Notes: generated from the letters alone by a model not told the origin. 64,000 bases of DNA from Nitrososphaerales archaeon (GCA_965197925.1 CBDAOC010000020.1:864001-928000); one strand, 5' to 3'. Shown: positions 20,003 to 30,980, counted from the first letter of the stretch. Translations and numbers: made by a program.

Positions 20003-20990
20003 ATTGGATAGGATTTATTATTCCATTACATTCATCCGTTCTGTAGCAATTTTTATCACTGGCTACTTTTTTACATGAAGGAGATATGTACTTTGTTCTA
20101 CTACCCTTAATTCCAGCTAAATGTTCCACTTGATATCTGGTAATACGGTCATTGTAATCCGGTGCGGTTTCAAATAACATACAAATTTCATCTACGGATT
20201 TGCCTATTACAAGCATGTAGGTTGCTAGGAGAAATCTTGCAGAATGTGGTGGGTTTTCACCTTTAGAAAGCATCTGCAAAATATGCTCTATACACGGCGG
20301 ATATTTCTTTGTTAATAAATATCTCTTGTGCTCTACATATTTGCCGACCTTTCCCTTCAAGTCTTCTACTTTACTACCTATTGATTCTGGTAATTGTCTA
20401 AGTTCTATCTTGTTTATTTTATCGTAGATATACTGGCTAAGCTCATCACGGATGAGCCTAACACTTTCCCTGGGATCCAGATAAACAAAGCCCTTGTTAA
20501 CTACTCTATTCACCAACTGCCAATGAGCCTCATGGAAATAAGTAGAACGTTTCAGATAGTCCGAAACCTTTACCTTGAATTTGCCTTTCTCCATCACAAT
20601 ATCAATATAGAAGAGATCTTTGAAAATTCTCGTCAAAATTGATAACATTCGGTATTCGGGTTCGTTTTTTAGATCCCATTCTAGGAACATCTCTATTCTT
20701 CTAGCTTCACCAAGAGAATACTTCCTACTTATACTCTTAATATCAAGTGCACGAACCATTATCAATGCAAGTAGGAATGAAACAACTTCGGTATCCAGAT
20801 CATCCAATGCCTTGAATAACTTGCCGTCGACCGCAGTAAGTATGCGCTGGTACGCTCGTTCAATAATTCGTTTCCTAGACGGATCTCCAAACTCTTCAAG
20901 ATTATAATCAAGTTTTTTTAAGTATTCACCTGCCTCCGATAGAAATGGATATTTTGCAAGATCACCTTTTCCTAACTGGATGAAGATCAA
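19953..20990 (-). CDS. priL: DNA primase large subunit
   Basis: KYPFL, YPPCI, GEN.PH.ARF, TRYQVEH, and Fe-S Cys cluster. Confidence 0.93.
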   Translation of the reverse strand: MIFIQLGKGDLAKYPFLSEAGEYLKKLDYNLEEFGDPSRKRIIERAYQRILTAVDGKLFKALDDLDTEVVSFLLALIMVRALDIKSISRKYSLGEARRIEMFLEWDLKNEPEYRMLSILTRIFKDLFYIDIVMEKGKFKVKVSDYLKRSTYFHEAHWQLVNRVVNKGFVYLDPRESVRLIRDELSQYIYDKINKIELRQLPESIGSKVEDLKGKVGKYVEHKRYLLTKKYPPCIEHILQMLSKGENPPHSARFLLATYMLVIGKSVDEICMLFETAPDYNDRITRYQVEHLAGIKGSRTKYISPSCKKVASDKNCYRTDECNGIINPIQFGRKSGENEGAKPESG

Positions 20991-21066
20991 ATATCACAAT
21001 ATCGCACAAACCACAATAAAAGTTTGTGTGGCTACGGTTAAATTACCTCATGATTTCATTCCACGT

Positions 21067-21912
21067 ATGATGGTTGGTCTTCATGTTTCGATATCAGGAT
21101 CGATTGACAAGGCTGTTGATAATGCTATGTCGCTGAAATGCACGGCATTTCAAATTTTTACTAAAAGTCCAAGAGTATGGGCATTTAAGAATTTAGTAGA
21201 TAAAGAAGTGGAAGGCTTTAAGAAAAAGCTAGCAAGGAGTAACATTGATCAATATGCTGTGTGTGTACACATGCCATACCTTCCAAATCTATCCTCTCCA
21301 AAGAAGGACCTGTACAATAAATCATTAAGGGCACTAATAAATGAGGTTAGAAGATGTGGAGCCCTAGGTGTGCCTTACTTGGTTATTCATCTTGGTAGCC
21401 ATTTGGGGGCAGGAACAGAAGTTGGAATTAAAAATCTTGTTAATGCGTGTAATACTGCAGTTGAAATGGTGAATAACGATTCCATCATATTGTTGGAAAA
21501 CACAGCGGGGACCAAAAATAGCATAGGCTCAAGGTTTGAAGAGTTAAAGGAAATTCTGGAGGGGTTGGAACCCAGACAAAGGTTTGGAATTTGTCTGGAT
21601 ACATGTCATGCATTTGCTGCAGGCTATGATCTTAGGGGAAAAGATTCACTTGATGATGTAATTGCTTCATTTGACAAAAACATAGGAATGAAGGAACTGC
21701 GAATAGTACATCTCAATGATTCCAAGGGCGATTTAAATTGCAATAAAGATAGACATGAACATATTGGATTGGGTTACATTGGAGATAAAGGCTTCAAGGA
21801 ATTATTGGCAAATAATGAAATAAATGAGCTTCCATTAATCCTCGAAACTCCAATAGATGATAGAAGAGATGATATAGGAAATTTGGAGAAAATAAGGGAA
21901 TTAGCTTCCTAG
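21067..21912 (+). CDS. nfo: Endonuclease IV
   Basis: GLHVSI, HMPYLPNL, ENTAG, CLDTCH, HLNDS, DRHEHIG, LETP. Confidence 0.95.
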   Translation: MMVGLHVSISGSIDKAVDNAMSLKCTAFQIFTKSPRVWAFKNLVDKEVEGFKKKLARSNIDQYAVCVHMPYLPNLSSPKKDLYNKSLRALINEVRRCGALGVPYLVIHLGSHLGAGTEVGIKNLVNACNTAVEMVNNDSIILLENTAGTKNSIGSRFEELKEILEGLEPRQRFGICLDTCHAFAAGYDLRGKDSLDDVIASFDKNIGMKELRIVHLNDSKGDLNCNKDRHEHIGLGYIGDKGFKELLANNEINELPLILETPIDDRRDDIGNLEKIRELAS

Positions 21913-23340
21913 AATAGAATCTTTAGAAGTCATATTTTTCTGCTTAAGCGAGATTTCTGGTAAAAATCTCTTCACAAGTGTGATTACTTCTTCATCCAAC
22001 ATCGCGGTAACCCTACCTTCTTGATACTGTTTGATGACTTCATCTTGTATGTTTTGAACTGCTGGATCCTCCTTTTTTATTTTTTCTTCATCATTCAGTC
22101 TGAATGTTGAGTTTATCCAGAATGCTATACCACTAAGCCCTGAATGTTCGGATATCATAACTTTTGGAGGCAGGTCAAGCAATTCTTCTGTATCAAATGG
22201 TAAATACATTTCAGGGTTCTTCAACAATCCATCTGCGTGTATACCAGCCCTTGTAATGTTAAAGTTCTTTCCAATTATTGGGTAATAGTAAGGTAGTTCA
22301 TAATTTAATTCTGATTCGTAATAATCTCTTACATATCGCAAAACTCTTGTATTGATACCGTCAAAGGAACCTTTTATCATTGAATATACAAATATCATTG
22401 CTTCCAACGGAATATTACCTGCTCTCTCTCCAATGCCTAACAATGTGCAATTGTTAAGTGAAGCACCATAAAGCCATGCCGATGTTGCATTGGATACTCC
22501 AAGGTGGAAATCGTTCTGACCATGAAATTCAAGCCATTCTGATGGTACACCCAATGCTTTGTTGAGCAACCAAAACAGTTTGGGGATTCCTCTAGGTAAA
22601 GCAGCTTCTGCCCACGGTAAGCCTACACCTAATGTATCGGCACATCTGATCTTTACAGGTAAATCATATTTTTCTGCAAGTTTCATTGCTTTTTTTACTA
22701 GTGGAACCACTACCCCAAAAATATCGGCTCGAGTCACGTCTTCCATATGCAGTCTAACGGCGATGTTGTTCTTGAGAGCCTCTTCGGTAACATCCAAGTA
22801 ATTCTGCACTACTTGTGACCTGCTCTTTCCCTTGAACTTGTAGAAAATATGATAATCGCTTACCGAGGCCAGTATGCCAGTTTCTTCCAAGTTCAATTTT
22901 TTGATGTGCTCCAGGTCTGATTTAGAACTTCTTATCCACCCCGTTATCCTTGGAAATTCATAACCCAAATCCATACACTTTTTTATTGCCTCCCTATCCT
23001 TCATAGTGTAAGGGAAGAATTCAGTATAGTTTACTTTCCCATTCTTTCCACCAAGATCGTGTAATAATCTGAATAAACTTGCTATTTGGTTACTAGAGTA
23101 AGGCTCTCTAGATTGTTGGCCGTCTCTGAAAGTTGTATCAGATAACCATAATTTATCTGGTATGTTGGTATTTAATATAACACCGTCAAATACAGCTTTA
23201 GGAGCAGCCTTGAACGGGAATGTATCTTTGTAAAGTTTCGGTTTCTCCACATCCACAACTTCATAATCAGGGAGGTCAATCTCCTCACTTTTTACGAATG
23301 CTAGGAATTTCTTTCTTTCCTCAAATTCGAGTGAGCCCAT
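21901..23340 (-). CDS. Re-citrate synthase-like DRE-TIM metallolyase
   Basis: DTTFRDGQQ, TEFF.Y..KD, SDYHIF, HMEDVTRAD, GIGERAGN, TRAGIHADG. Confidence 0.8.
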   Translation of the reverse strand: MGSLEFEERKKFLAFVKSEEIDLPDYEVVDVEKPKLYKDTFPFKAAPKAVFDGVILNTNIPDKLWLSDTTFRDGQQSREPYSSNQIASLFRLLHDLGGKNGKVNYTEFFPYTMKDREAIKKCMDLGYEFPRITGWIRSSKSDLEHIKKLNLEETGILASVSDYHIFYKFKGKSRSQVVQNYLDVTEEALKNNIAVRLHMEDVTRADIFGVVVPLVKKAMKLAEKYDLPVKIRCADTLGVGLPWAEAALPRGIPKLFWLLNKALGVPSEWLEFHGQNDFHLGVSNATSAWLYGASLNNCTLLGIGERAGNIPLEAMIFVYSMIKGSFDGINTRVLRYVRDYYESELNYELPYYYPIIGKNFNITRAGIHADGLLKNPEMYLPFDTEELLDLPPKVMISEHSGLSGIAFWINSTFRLNDEEKIKKEDPAVQNIQDEVIKQYQEGRVTAMLDEEVITLVKRFLPEISLKQKNMTSKDSILGS

Positions 23341-23535
23341 CTTTTCTAACTTTTTCTCCTGTCGCTTTATTAATAAGTCTAACTATAATTTTTTATAAAA
23401 ATCTTCATCAAATTTGTTCAAACAAGACAAATATTGATATTGATGCCACATTAATTGCAATAAGTATAGATCAAGTTTTTCTTAATTACCCTTTCGTCCA
23501 AATAAATTTAAGAGCCAACACAGCATGCAATAAGC

Positions 23536-24996
23536 ATGAATTACGATAATGTTATGAAACTAGCATTGGAAAGAGGGTTTTACTTTCCCAGCTGTGAGAT
23601 TTATCCTGATACACAAGCAGGTTTCTGGGATTATGGTCCTCTTGGTGTTAGTCTCAAGAATAAGTACATAGAATTGTGGAGGAAAGAATTGGTAAGAAGG
23701 GATGGCATGTTGGAAATTGATGGCTCCCAGATAATGAGCAAGAGCGTTTTTTTAGCATCGGGCCACCTAAACAGCTTCAACGATCCAATTGTTAAGTGCC
23801 TGAAATGCGGATCTATATTCAGGGCAGACAGGTTTGTGTCTGAGAAAATAGGTAAGAACGTTCCTGAGAAGTTGAATGATTCCGAGATAGATGAATTGAT
23901 CACTAAACATTTTGTGAAATGTACCAAGTGTAAGGGAGATCTTGGAAAGGTCAGCAGGTTTAACATGATGTTTCAGGTTTTGATTGGACCCAACGGTGAA
24001 GAAGCGTACCTAAGACCGGAAACTTGCCAGACAATCTTTATTGGATTTCCAAGAATATTCAAAACGATGCGTGGTAAACTACCATTGGGCATAGCACAGA
24101 TAGGTAAAAGTTTTAGGAATGAAATTTCTCCTAGACAGAGTTTGTTGCGATTGAGAGAGTTCTATCAAGCAGAAATCGAAGTATTTTGTAATCCTCGAAG
24201 ACTGAATGAACTTGACAGCTTCGAAAAAATCAAAGATACGATATTAAGAATATATGATGGAAATACAATAAAGGAATTAACATGTGATCAGGCCGTTAAT
24301 GATTATAACATAATACCCAACAAGTTGATAGGTTATTACCTTGCGCTGTTGAGCGAATTTTATTCTAAAACTGGTATTGATATGAAGAGAACTAGGTTTA
24401 GAAGACTAACCGATGATGAGAAGGCTTTTTATGCAACCGCTGCCTTTGATTTTGAAGCTGAAAGTACAATCGGCTGGCTTGAACTTGTTGCATGCAATTA
24501 TAGATCTAGTCACGACTTAGATGGCCATGCGAAAATTAGTAGACAGAATATGGAGGTGCTTGATATTGATGGTAAGGTATTACCACATGTGTTCGAACTT
24601 TCCATGGGTATTGATAGAAGCCTTTATTGCATATTAGAACACTCGTTTGTGGAGGACAAACCAAATAATAGATTTGTTCTAAAAATGAAACCCTACCTGG
24701 CTCCTATACTTGTAGGTGTATTTCCATTGGTTGCCAAAGATGGTCTTACCGAAAAGGCTTCGAATATATTTGATAGTATAAAGAAGAACTTTGATGCTGT
24801 TTTTGATGCGTCTGGCTCCATAGGCAGAAGATATAGAAGACTAGACGAAAGCGGTGTGCCCTTTGGGGTTACAATTGATAGACAGACAATTGAAGACGAT
24901 ACCGTTACAATAAGGGATAGGGACAGCATGCAGCAGGAGCGTATAAAATTCATAGATCTTGTAGATTATTTGACGAAAACAAAGGATGTCTATTAA
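23536..24996 (+). CDS. glyS: Glycine--tRNA ligase (alpha2 type)
   Basis: DYGPLG, LRPET.Q, FRNEISPR, REF.QAE, GSIGRRY.R.DE.G. Confidence 0.95.
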   Translation: MNYDNVMKLALERGFYFPSCEIYPDTQAGFWDYGPLGVSLKNKYIELWRKELVRRDGMLEIDGSQIMSKSVFLASGHLNSFNDPIVKCLKCGSIFRADRFVSEKIGKNVPEKLNDSEIDELITKHFVKCTKCKGDLGKVSRFNMMFQVLIGPNGEEAYLRPETCQTIFIGFPRIFKTMRGKLPLGIAQIGKSFRNEISPRQSLLRLREFYQAEIEVFCNPRRLNELDSFEKIKDTILRIYDGNTIKELTCDQAVNDYNIIPNKLIGYYLALLSEFYSKTGIDMKRTRFRRLTDDEKAFYATAAFDFEAESTIGWLELVACNYRSSHDLDGHAKISRQNMEVLDIDGKVLPHVFELSMGIDRSLYCILEHSFVEDKPNNRFVLKMKPYLAPILVGVFPLVAKDGLTEKASNIFDSIKKNFDAVFDASGSIGRRYRRLDESGVPFGVTIDRQTIEDDTVTIRDRDSMQQERIKFIDLVDYLTKTKDVY

Positions 24997-25035
24997 TCTA
25001 ACATAGTTTTTTTAAAATTATTGCATCACACCATG

Positions 25036-25912
25036 AAGTCATCCCAATACTCTCCAATACATCATAATCGACGAAATGATAACAAATGCCAGATAGTTTT
25101 GTGCATTCTTCTCATATCTGATCCTGGTTCTGTGGAACCCATTCTTCAACCAGGCAAAGAATCTCTCCACAACATAGCGCGTCTTGCCGTATAGGTATTG
25201 TTCTGTATTATCATTTTGTTGTTGTGTCTTACTGTTTTTTCTGTAAGGCATGCAGTCAGAGATTTTTCTTTTGGTGAGGTATTTCCTGATGAATTCTGCA
25301 TCATAGCCCTTGTCTGCTTGGCACCGCGCAATTTTTCTGATAGATCTCTCATCCAGATATTGTGAGATGCCATCCATCACGTCTACAAATCTTGCAGAGT
25401 CATGCTGATTTGCAGGACATTACTACTGAGACTGGCAGTCCGTTTTGTTCCACCGCAACGTGTATTTTTGTGCCTGAAATCCTGTTGAATCCGTTGTATC
25501 CTATGACGCTTCCCCTTTTTTGGCCGGAACTGATGACGAATCGACCGTTTTTTGCAGCTGCATCTTGCCTGATCTGTGGGCTGATTTGACTGCAGCGGAG
25601 AGGATATTCTTCCATATTCCACGTCGCTGCCAGTTCTGCAGTCTGCGGTGCGCAGTTGATTTGGAGCCGTACCTTTGTGACATCCCAGTCCACCTGCATC
25701 CTGTTATCCCGACAAACAGGATTCCGTTGACTGTCTTTCTGTCGTCTGCCCTTGGCCTTCCGGTTCTGGCTGGCTTGGGGAGATGCGGTGATATCATCTT
25801 CCATTGTTCACCTGTTATCTCCTGAAATTTCATGATCTGCTACGGGCAGCATTGCAAATAGATCCAAATGATCGTCAATTATTCACTAAATGATCAGTTT
25901 TGGGATCAGTTG
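25036..25912 (-). mobile_element. IS5-family element IS5a, second copy
   Basis: Reverse complement of 8180-9056; the orfB translations differ by one residue (H/Y). Confidence 0.9.
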
Positions 25913-25916
25913 ATTA

Positions 25917-26458
25917 TAACATCCATGCATTTTGTACTGTCATGTTCATTTGCTGGACTCAACAGTATAGATATTGGAAATCCGTTACTCTCTACTGCGG
26001 CATGTATTTTTGTACCTGTTATTCTCTTGAATCCATTATATCCAGTTACATTGCCCCTTTTTTATCAGGAATGGATGAAGAGTCAACTGATATTTTTTGC
26101 AGATTAATTTTGCCAGATTTATGTGCTGAGTGAATAGTACGTGATAGAATATTTTTCCAAATTCCTTTTTGTTGCCATTTGTTTAACCTTCTGTTTGCAG
26201 TAGAATCATCACCATATCTTTTTGGCATATCGTCCCATCGGCATCCAGTAGTTAGAACATGGATTATTCCGTTAATGATTTTTCTATCATCATCCCTAGG
26301 CCTGCCAGTTTTTGCATGTGGTGGTATGTGTGATTCTATCATACTCCACTGTTTGTCTGATAATTCTTGGAATTTCATAAAATAATTTTAGATGTCGCTA
26401 TTCATGGATCTAAATGGTCACTAAAAATTGTCTAAATGGTTAGTTTTGAGATGAGTTG
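25917..26458 (-). mobile_element. IS5-family element IS5b, truncated
   Basis: Matches 50060-50602. orfA is 26046-26378. Only one TIR (GTTTTGAGATGAGTTG) remains, and the other end is replaced by IS5a. Confidence 0.85.
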
Positions 26459-26484
26459 ATGATTCATTCAATTCTTTTATTAAT

Positions 26485-27063
26485 ATGGGAACTTTCTCCC
26501 TAGTTCCAAGTGACGAAGAAAAAACCACTACGCCGGAAAAAACGACCTCAACTTTACCTTTTAGTTTGAATGTTGTAGAAACTGAATTATGGCTCTACTT
26601 AGCTGGTCTTTTGATTGGAGCAATACTGGGAGGGATTTTTGGTTTCTCTAGAGTACAACGCATCAAGATTGCAACCATATCTGCTTTTACCATTATATTG
26701 GTTGCTGCAATAGGAGAAGGATTCTCTCTCTTTGGTGATACACAGTTCTTTAAATTCGATAGCTTTGCTTTGTTGATAGCTGTGGGATTTGGGATATTTG
26801 CGTTGGCCGGGGTATTGTATAATAAGAAGCGTTATAGAGCAACTGGAGTTTATATTTCGGACGACGATTTTTCCAAGTTAAAACAACTAGAAAATCAATA
26901 CGGGGCCGGCTTCAGAATAGATGATCTACGAATTTTGGAAGCCTACGATAAAGGGAAAAACAATCCAAAAGACATATCTATTTTTGTCAATATTAAAGAG
27001 AAACAAGTTAAAAAACGGATAAATTTCTTAATCAAAAAAGGAGTATTACGTAGAAACACATGA
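26485..27063 (+). CDS. Membrane protein with C-terminal wHTH, possibly 5'-truncated by the IS
   Basis: Three TM segments, and C-terminal NPKDISIFVNIKEKQVKKRINFLIKKGVL. Confidence 0.55.
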   Translation: MGTFSLVPSDEEKTTTPEKTTSTLPFSLNVVETELWLYLAGLLIGAILGGIFGFSRVQRIKIATISAFTIILVAAIGEGFSLFGDTQFFKFDSFALLIAVGFGIFALAGVLYNKKRYRATGVYISDDDFSKLKQLENQYGAGFRIDDLRILEAYDKGKNNPKDISIFVNIKEKQVKKRINFLIKKGVLRRNT

Positions 27064-27419
27064 GCCATCACAATTCACACGAGCAAAGTCACTTTCATAC
27101 TTTATTTACCTTCCAATTCGGCTTTTAGCTTCTTTGCAAAACCTTCACAGTCGTAATCAAACGGAAGTGAAAAGATGGAACAAAAGAACATGACAACTAA
27201 TTTCTTAATCATTATCCAACCGAAGAATTGTCCTAAAAGATGTTACATTTTATACATGTTCATAGAATAGCTGATTCCTGAGCTACAACATGTCTAATGG
27301 GTAATAATTAGTCCCTTCACATTCTCTGTTATTTCCTGATTTTCTTGGCAGAATTCATTTTATTATAAAAATCCAGTGTATTTTATAAATACATAATACT
27401 AATATTTGTCTAGCATCAC

Positions 27420-28076
27420 ATGCATTTAATTGATGAACTTGGTACAAGAATAGTTTTGTGCAAAAAGTGTCCCCGACTTGCGAAGTATATCAAAATTGTT
27501 GCAGAAGAGAAAACAAGACGTTACAATGATTGGGAATATTGGGGGAGACCATTACCAGGATTCGGAGACCCAGATGCAAAATTGTTGATAATAGGATTGG
27601 CACCGGCAGCTCATGGTGGGAATAGAACAGGTAGGATGTTCACAGGTGATTCCTCTGGTGATTGGCTGATTAGAGCGCTCTATGAGAATGGTTTTGCAAA
27701 TCAATCCAGTAGTGAGAAAAAGAATGATGGCTTGGAATTGAAAGGTGTCTATATTTCAGCAATAGTAAGATGTGCACCACCAAGAAACAAACCTATGAAA
27801 GAAGAAGTTAAGAAATGTACTAGTTATCTGGTTGAAGAGCTAAAGATCTTGAAGAACATTGATATTGTCTTAGCACTTGGTAGATTAGCCTTTAACACCT
27901 ATACATCTATACGTGGCATTAGCGGATTGAAGTTTTCACATGGCTTCCTTTACGACTTGGGTGATGTGACACTGGTCGCATCTTATCATCCAAGCAGACA
28001 AAATACCCAAACTGGGAGGTTAAAATGGGACGCGTGGATAAGTGTATTTAAAAAAATAAGGAACATATCAACTTAA
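27420..28076 (+). CDS. Uracil-DNA glycosylase family 5 (UDGb)
   Basis: C..CPRL, GLAPAAHGGNRTGRMFTGD, HPSRQNT. Confidence 0.93.
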   Translation: MHLIDELGTRIVLCKKCPRLAKYIKIVAEEKTRRYNDWEYWGRPLPGFGDPDAKLLIIGLAPAAHGGNRTGRMFTGDSSGDWLIRALYENGFANQSSSEKKNDGLELKGVYISAIVRCAPPRNKPMKEEVKKCTSYLVEELKILKNIDIVLALGRLAFNTYTSIRGISGLKFSHGFLYDLGDVTLVASYHPSRQNTQTGRLKWDAWISVFKKIRNIST

Positions 28077-28880
28077 AAAATCTAGCTTAAAATCAAGCCT
28101 AACCTCTTCGATTTTATCTTGTATACCAAGAGATCGCATAATACTTTCGAACTGAATTTTATTTTTTGAGACAAGTATACGCATGCTTCCTTTATTCTGA
28201 GAAGCTATGTCGTGATTATGCAGATAGGTCTTTACCTGCCTAACAGTGTCAGTTGCGGGATCAACGAATTTTATTCTAGGATAAAGTTCTGCTAGAAGAT
28301 CTTTAATTAGTGACAAGTGCGTACTGCCCAAAATTATGACATCAATTTGTGAGTTTGATTTTATATTTCGAGTATGTTCTACGATATTTTTCTTCACCGT
28401 TGTAACATCATCTAAAAACTTTCCTGATTCAACCAGATTTATTATTGGCGACGCATTTATTTTAAATATATTTGTGTTTGTAATGTAAGGTTTGATATAG
28501 GCATCAAGCCCTTCACTTTTTATTGTCCCTCCCGTTGCTAGAAGGGCAATGAATCTTGTTTTAGAAGACCCAACTGCATCACCTATATTTAGATAAACGC
28601 CAAAAACAGGAACATTTGCATATAACCTGCATTCCTTTAGTACATGCATTGATGGAGTAATGGACGCAACAATTATTGCTTTAGGATCAAACTTTTCTAG
28701 ATATTTCAGTGTCTGGATTATTATCGATTTTAATTGTCTATTAGTTTTAATGCCGTAAGGATAGTGAGCTCTATCGGCCAGATATACTATAGATTCATTA
28801 GGCATTTCCTTTCTTAATGATTCTATGACTGAGAACGAACCAATTCCAGAATCAAATACAGCTAAAGGTTTGTTATTCAT
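28068..28880 (-). CDS. murI: Glutamate racemase-like protein (catalytic Cys replaced by Ser)
   Basis: VFDSGIG, YLAD...PYG, LLAT..T, plus ASITPS and LGSTH. Confidence 0.75.
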   Translation of the reverse strand: MNNKPLAVFDSGIGSFSVIESLRKEMPNESIVYLADRAHYPYGIKTNRQLKSIIIQTLKYLEKFDPKAIIVASITPSMHVLKECRLYANVPVFGVYLNIGDAVGSSKTRFIALLATGGTIKSEGLDAYIKPYITNTNIFKINASPIINLVESGKFLDDVTTVKKNIVEHTRNIKSNSQIDVIILGSTHLSLIKDLLAELYPRIKFVDPATDTVRQVKTYLHNHDIASQNKGSMRILVSKNKIQFESIMRSLGIQDKIEEVRLDFKLDFLS

Positions 28881-29000
28881 TATATTGGAAAGTTAAGCAC
28901 AGTAATAATTTGATTACTGAAGGACTGATGTATCAGTTTGTCGTTTTTATCAATAAAAATACACACCTAAAATTATTAATAAAATGTATTAGGATCGCAT

Positions 29001-29633
29001 ATGAATGCTTTATCTAAGAACTGGACTAGAAGTGATAACAGGGGAATTAGTGAAAAGGCACGAGACACGATCAGACCTCAAGGACCTCTTAGACCACGGT
29101 TGGATACGGCCTCAAGCAGACTGCAAGCACAAATACAAAAGATGGATACAATGCTTGGAAAGATGCGGGAGAAGGACTCTACACTTTTCAGAAAGGTAGT
29201 AGATTCTATGCAACAACATGACATCGATGCAGGAAAGGTATTATCCAATGAGCTCGCTGAGGTTCGCAAAGTAACAAAACTATTAGGTAATACAAGGATG
29301 GCACTTGAACAGGTACACTTAAGATTGGGTACTCTTCATGACGTTGGAGATGCAGTTGTAGCACTTGCTCCAGCCATAGGTGCATTGAAGACTGTAAAGA
29401 CAGGTATAGCAAAATTCATGCCTGATGCAGAGAATGAGATGGGAGATATGTCAAATATGCTAGGTAACTTGTTAATGGATACACTACAAGGAGGTAACTT
29501 TGCCTTCCAGAACGATGTATCTAGTGAAGAAGTAGAGAAGATACTTTCAGAGGCCTCGGCAGTAGCGGAGAAGAATGTTGATAGCAGATTACCTTCAGTT
29601 CCAGGAGTGGAAGAACTGCCCAGGTTCACGTAA
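29001..29633 (+). CDS. cdvB: ESCRT-III/CdvB (Snf7) protein
   Basis: ELAEVRK, ALEQV.LRL.T, and C-terminal EVEKILSEASAVAE..LPSVP. Confidence 0.85.
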   Translation: MNALSKNWTRSDNRGISEKARDTIRPQGPLRPRLDTASSRLQAQIQKMDTMLGKMREKDSTLFRKVVDSMQQHDIDAGKVLSNELAEVRKVTKLLGNTRMALEQVHLRLGTLHDVGDAVVALAPAIGALKTVKTGIAKFMPDAENEMGDMSNMLGNLLMDTLQGGNFAFQNDVSSEEVEKILSEASAVAEKNVDSRLPSVPGVEELPRFT

Positions 29634-29646
29634 AAAGGTGCTTGCA

Positions 29647-29859
29647 ATGGGAAGACTTGCAGCACTCTCCATATTTTCTGCAATAGGATTTGCAATAGGT
29701 TTTCTAGGTTACCTTTCATACCCAACAGTTTTGGCTTTGGAATTGACCGGAGTTCTTAGTTTATTACTCAACCCTGTTTTTATAGGAGCATTTACCTCAG
29801 GATCAGTTGGATTGATTGCGAGTTTGGTTCTAGTGTTGAGATGGGCAAAAAAAGCCTAA
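29647..29859 (+). CDS. Small two-TM membrane protein
   Basis: Hydrophobic ORF directly after cdvB. Confidence 0.55.
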   Translation: MGRLAALSIFSAIGFAIGFLGYLSYPTVLALELTGVLSLLLNPVFIGAFTSGSVGLIASLVLVLRWAKKA

Positions 29860-29998
29860 TTTCAATTGCAAAAATATGACAATTCACAGATAAGAAATCT
29901 CAATTGGTTTGTTAGAAAATCCGGTCGTTCTATAAGGGTAACCTAGAATCTTAACCAAGGTCGAGGGTATTGTTCATGTATATTGCATCTCTGTCAAA

Positions 29999-30959
29999 GG
30001 CTGTGTAGAAACCATAGATTTTAGCCTGTTGTGCACGGAATTGCACCATGAGATCAATGTATCACATATAACTCCTGCCTATGCATGAAAGAGTCAAGGT
30101 ATGTCAAACTTGCTAGAACCATGCTCAATGTTTTGATAAAGGCCAGGATATCCCTGTACATACACAAGAAGAGCAATCATATCTACACTGTATGGCAGCA
30201 TACAATCCTTCTGGCATTAAGGCAGTATGAAGGGAAGAGCTACAGGAGGTTTGTGGAATGGCTGCATGAAGCATACTACCTGAGGATCTTTCTACATCTA
30301 GATATAGTACCCCATTATACAACACTGCAGAAGTTTGCTTCAAGGATGAATGACATGCTTCTGTACAGGATAATCAGTTCATTCATCCTTCTTACGAAGG
30401 TAAGGAAGATGTTTGTGGGAATAGATGCGTCTGGATTCAAATCCAGTAACGCTTCATCATATTATACTGATGTAGCAGGAATAAGGAAGCGTTACATCAA
30501 GCTGTCTATAGGTGCTGAAGTGAGAGAGCAGCTGGCATGTTCTTTGAAGATAAGAAGAGGGCCAAGACACGATACTATAGATTTCACACCATTGCTGCAA
30601 AGGGCATCAAGTATAATGCTATTGTCTATAGTTGCAGCTGATAAAGGCTATGATAGCGAAGCAAATCACGAATTTGTTAGAGAGTATCTAGGTGCTGTGA
30701 GCAGTCCCTGCTAGATATGGAGATGTACCAGTATGGAGAACGCATGGAAGATACAGGAAGCAGATGGAGAGGAGATTCTACAAGGAACTTTACTGTCAGA
30801 GTAACAAGAACGAAACCATACTGTCTGTGGTAAAGAGAATGTTTGGTGAGCATATACTATCAAGATCTGTTAGAATGCAGAACAGGGAGCTGTTCTTCAG
30901 AGTAATTGCCTACAACATGCATAGATTAACTGTATTTTTGGTATGGTTTCTACAGAGCC
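29999..30959 (+). mobile_element. IS type Y (IS5 family, ISH1-like), frameshifted transposase
   Basis: TIRs GGCTGTGTAGAAACCAT / ATGGTTTCTACAGAGCC; 8-bp TSD CTGTCAAA / CCGTCAAA; ORFs with PHYTTLQKF, GIDASGF, ADKGYDSE. Confidence 0.88.
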
Positions 30960-30980
30960 CCGTCAAAAGAATATTTAATT

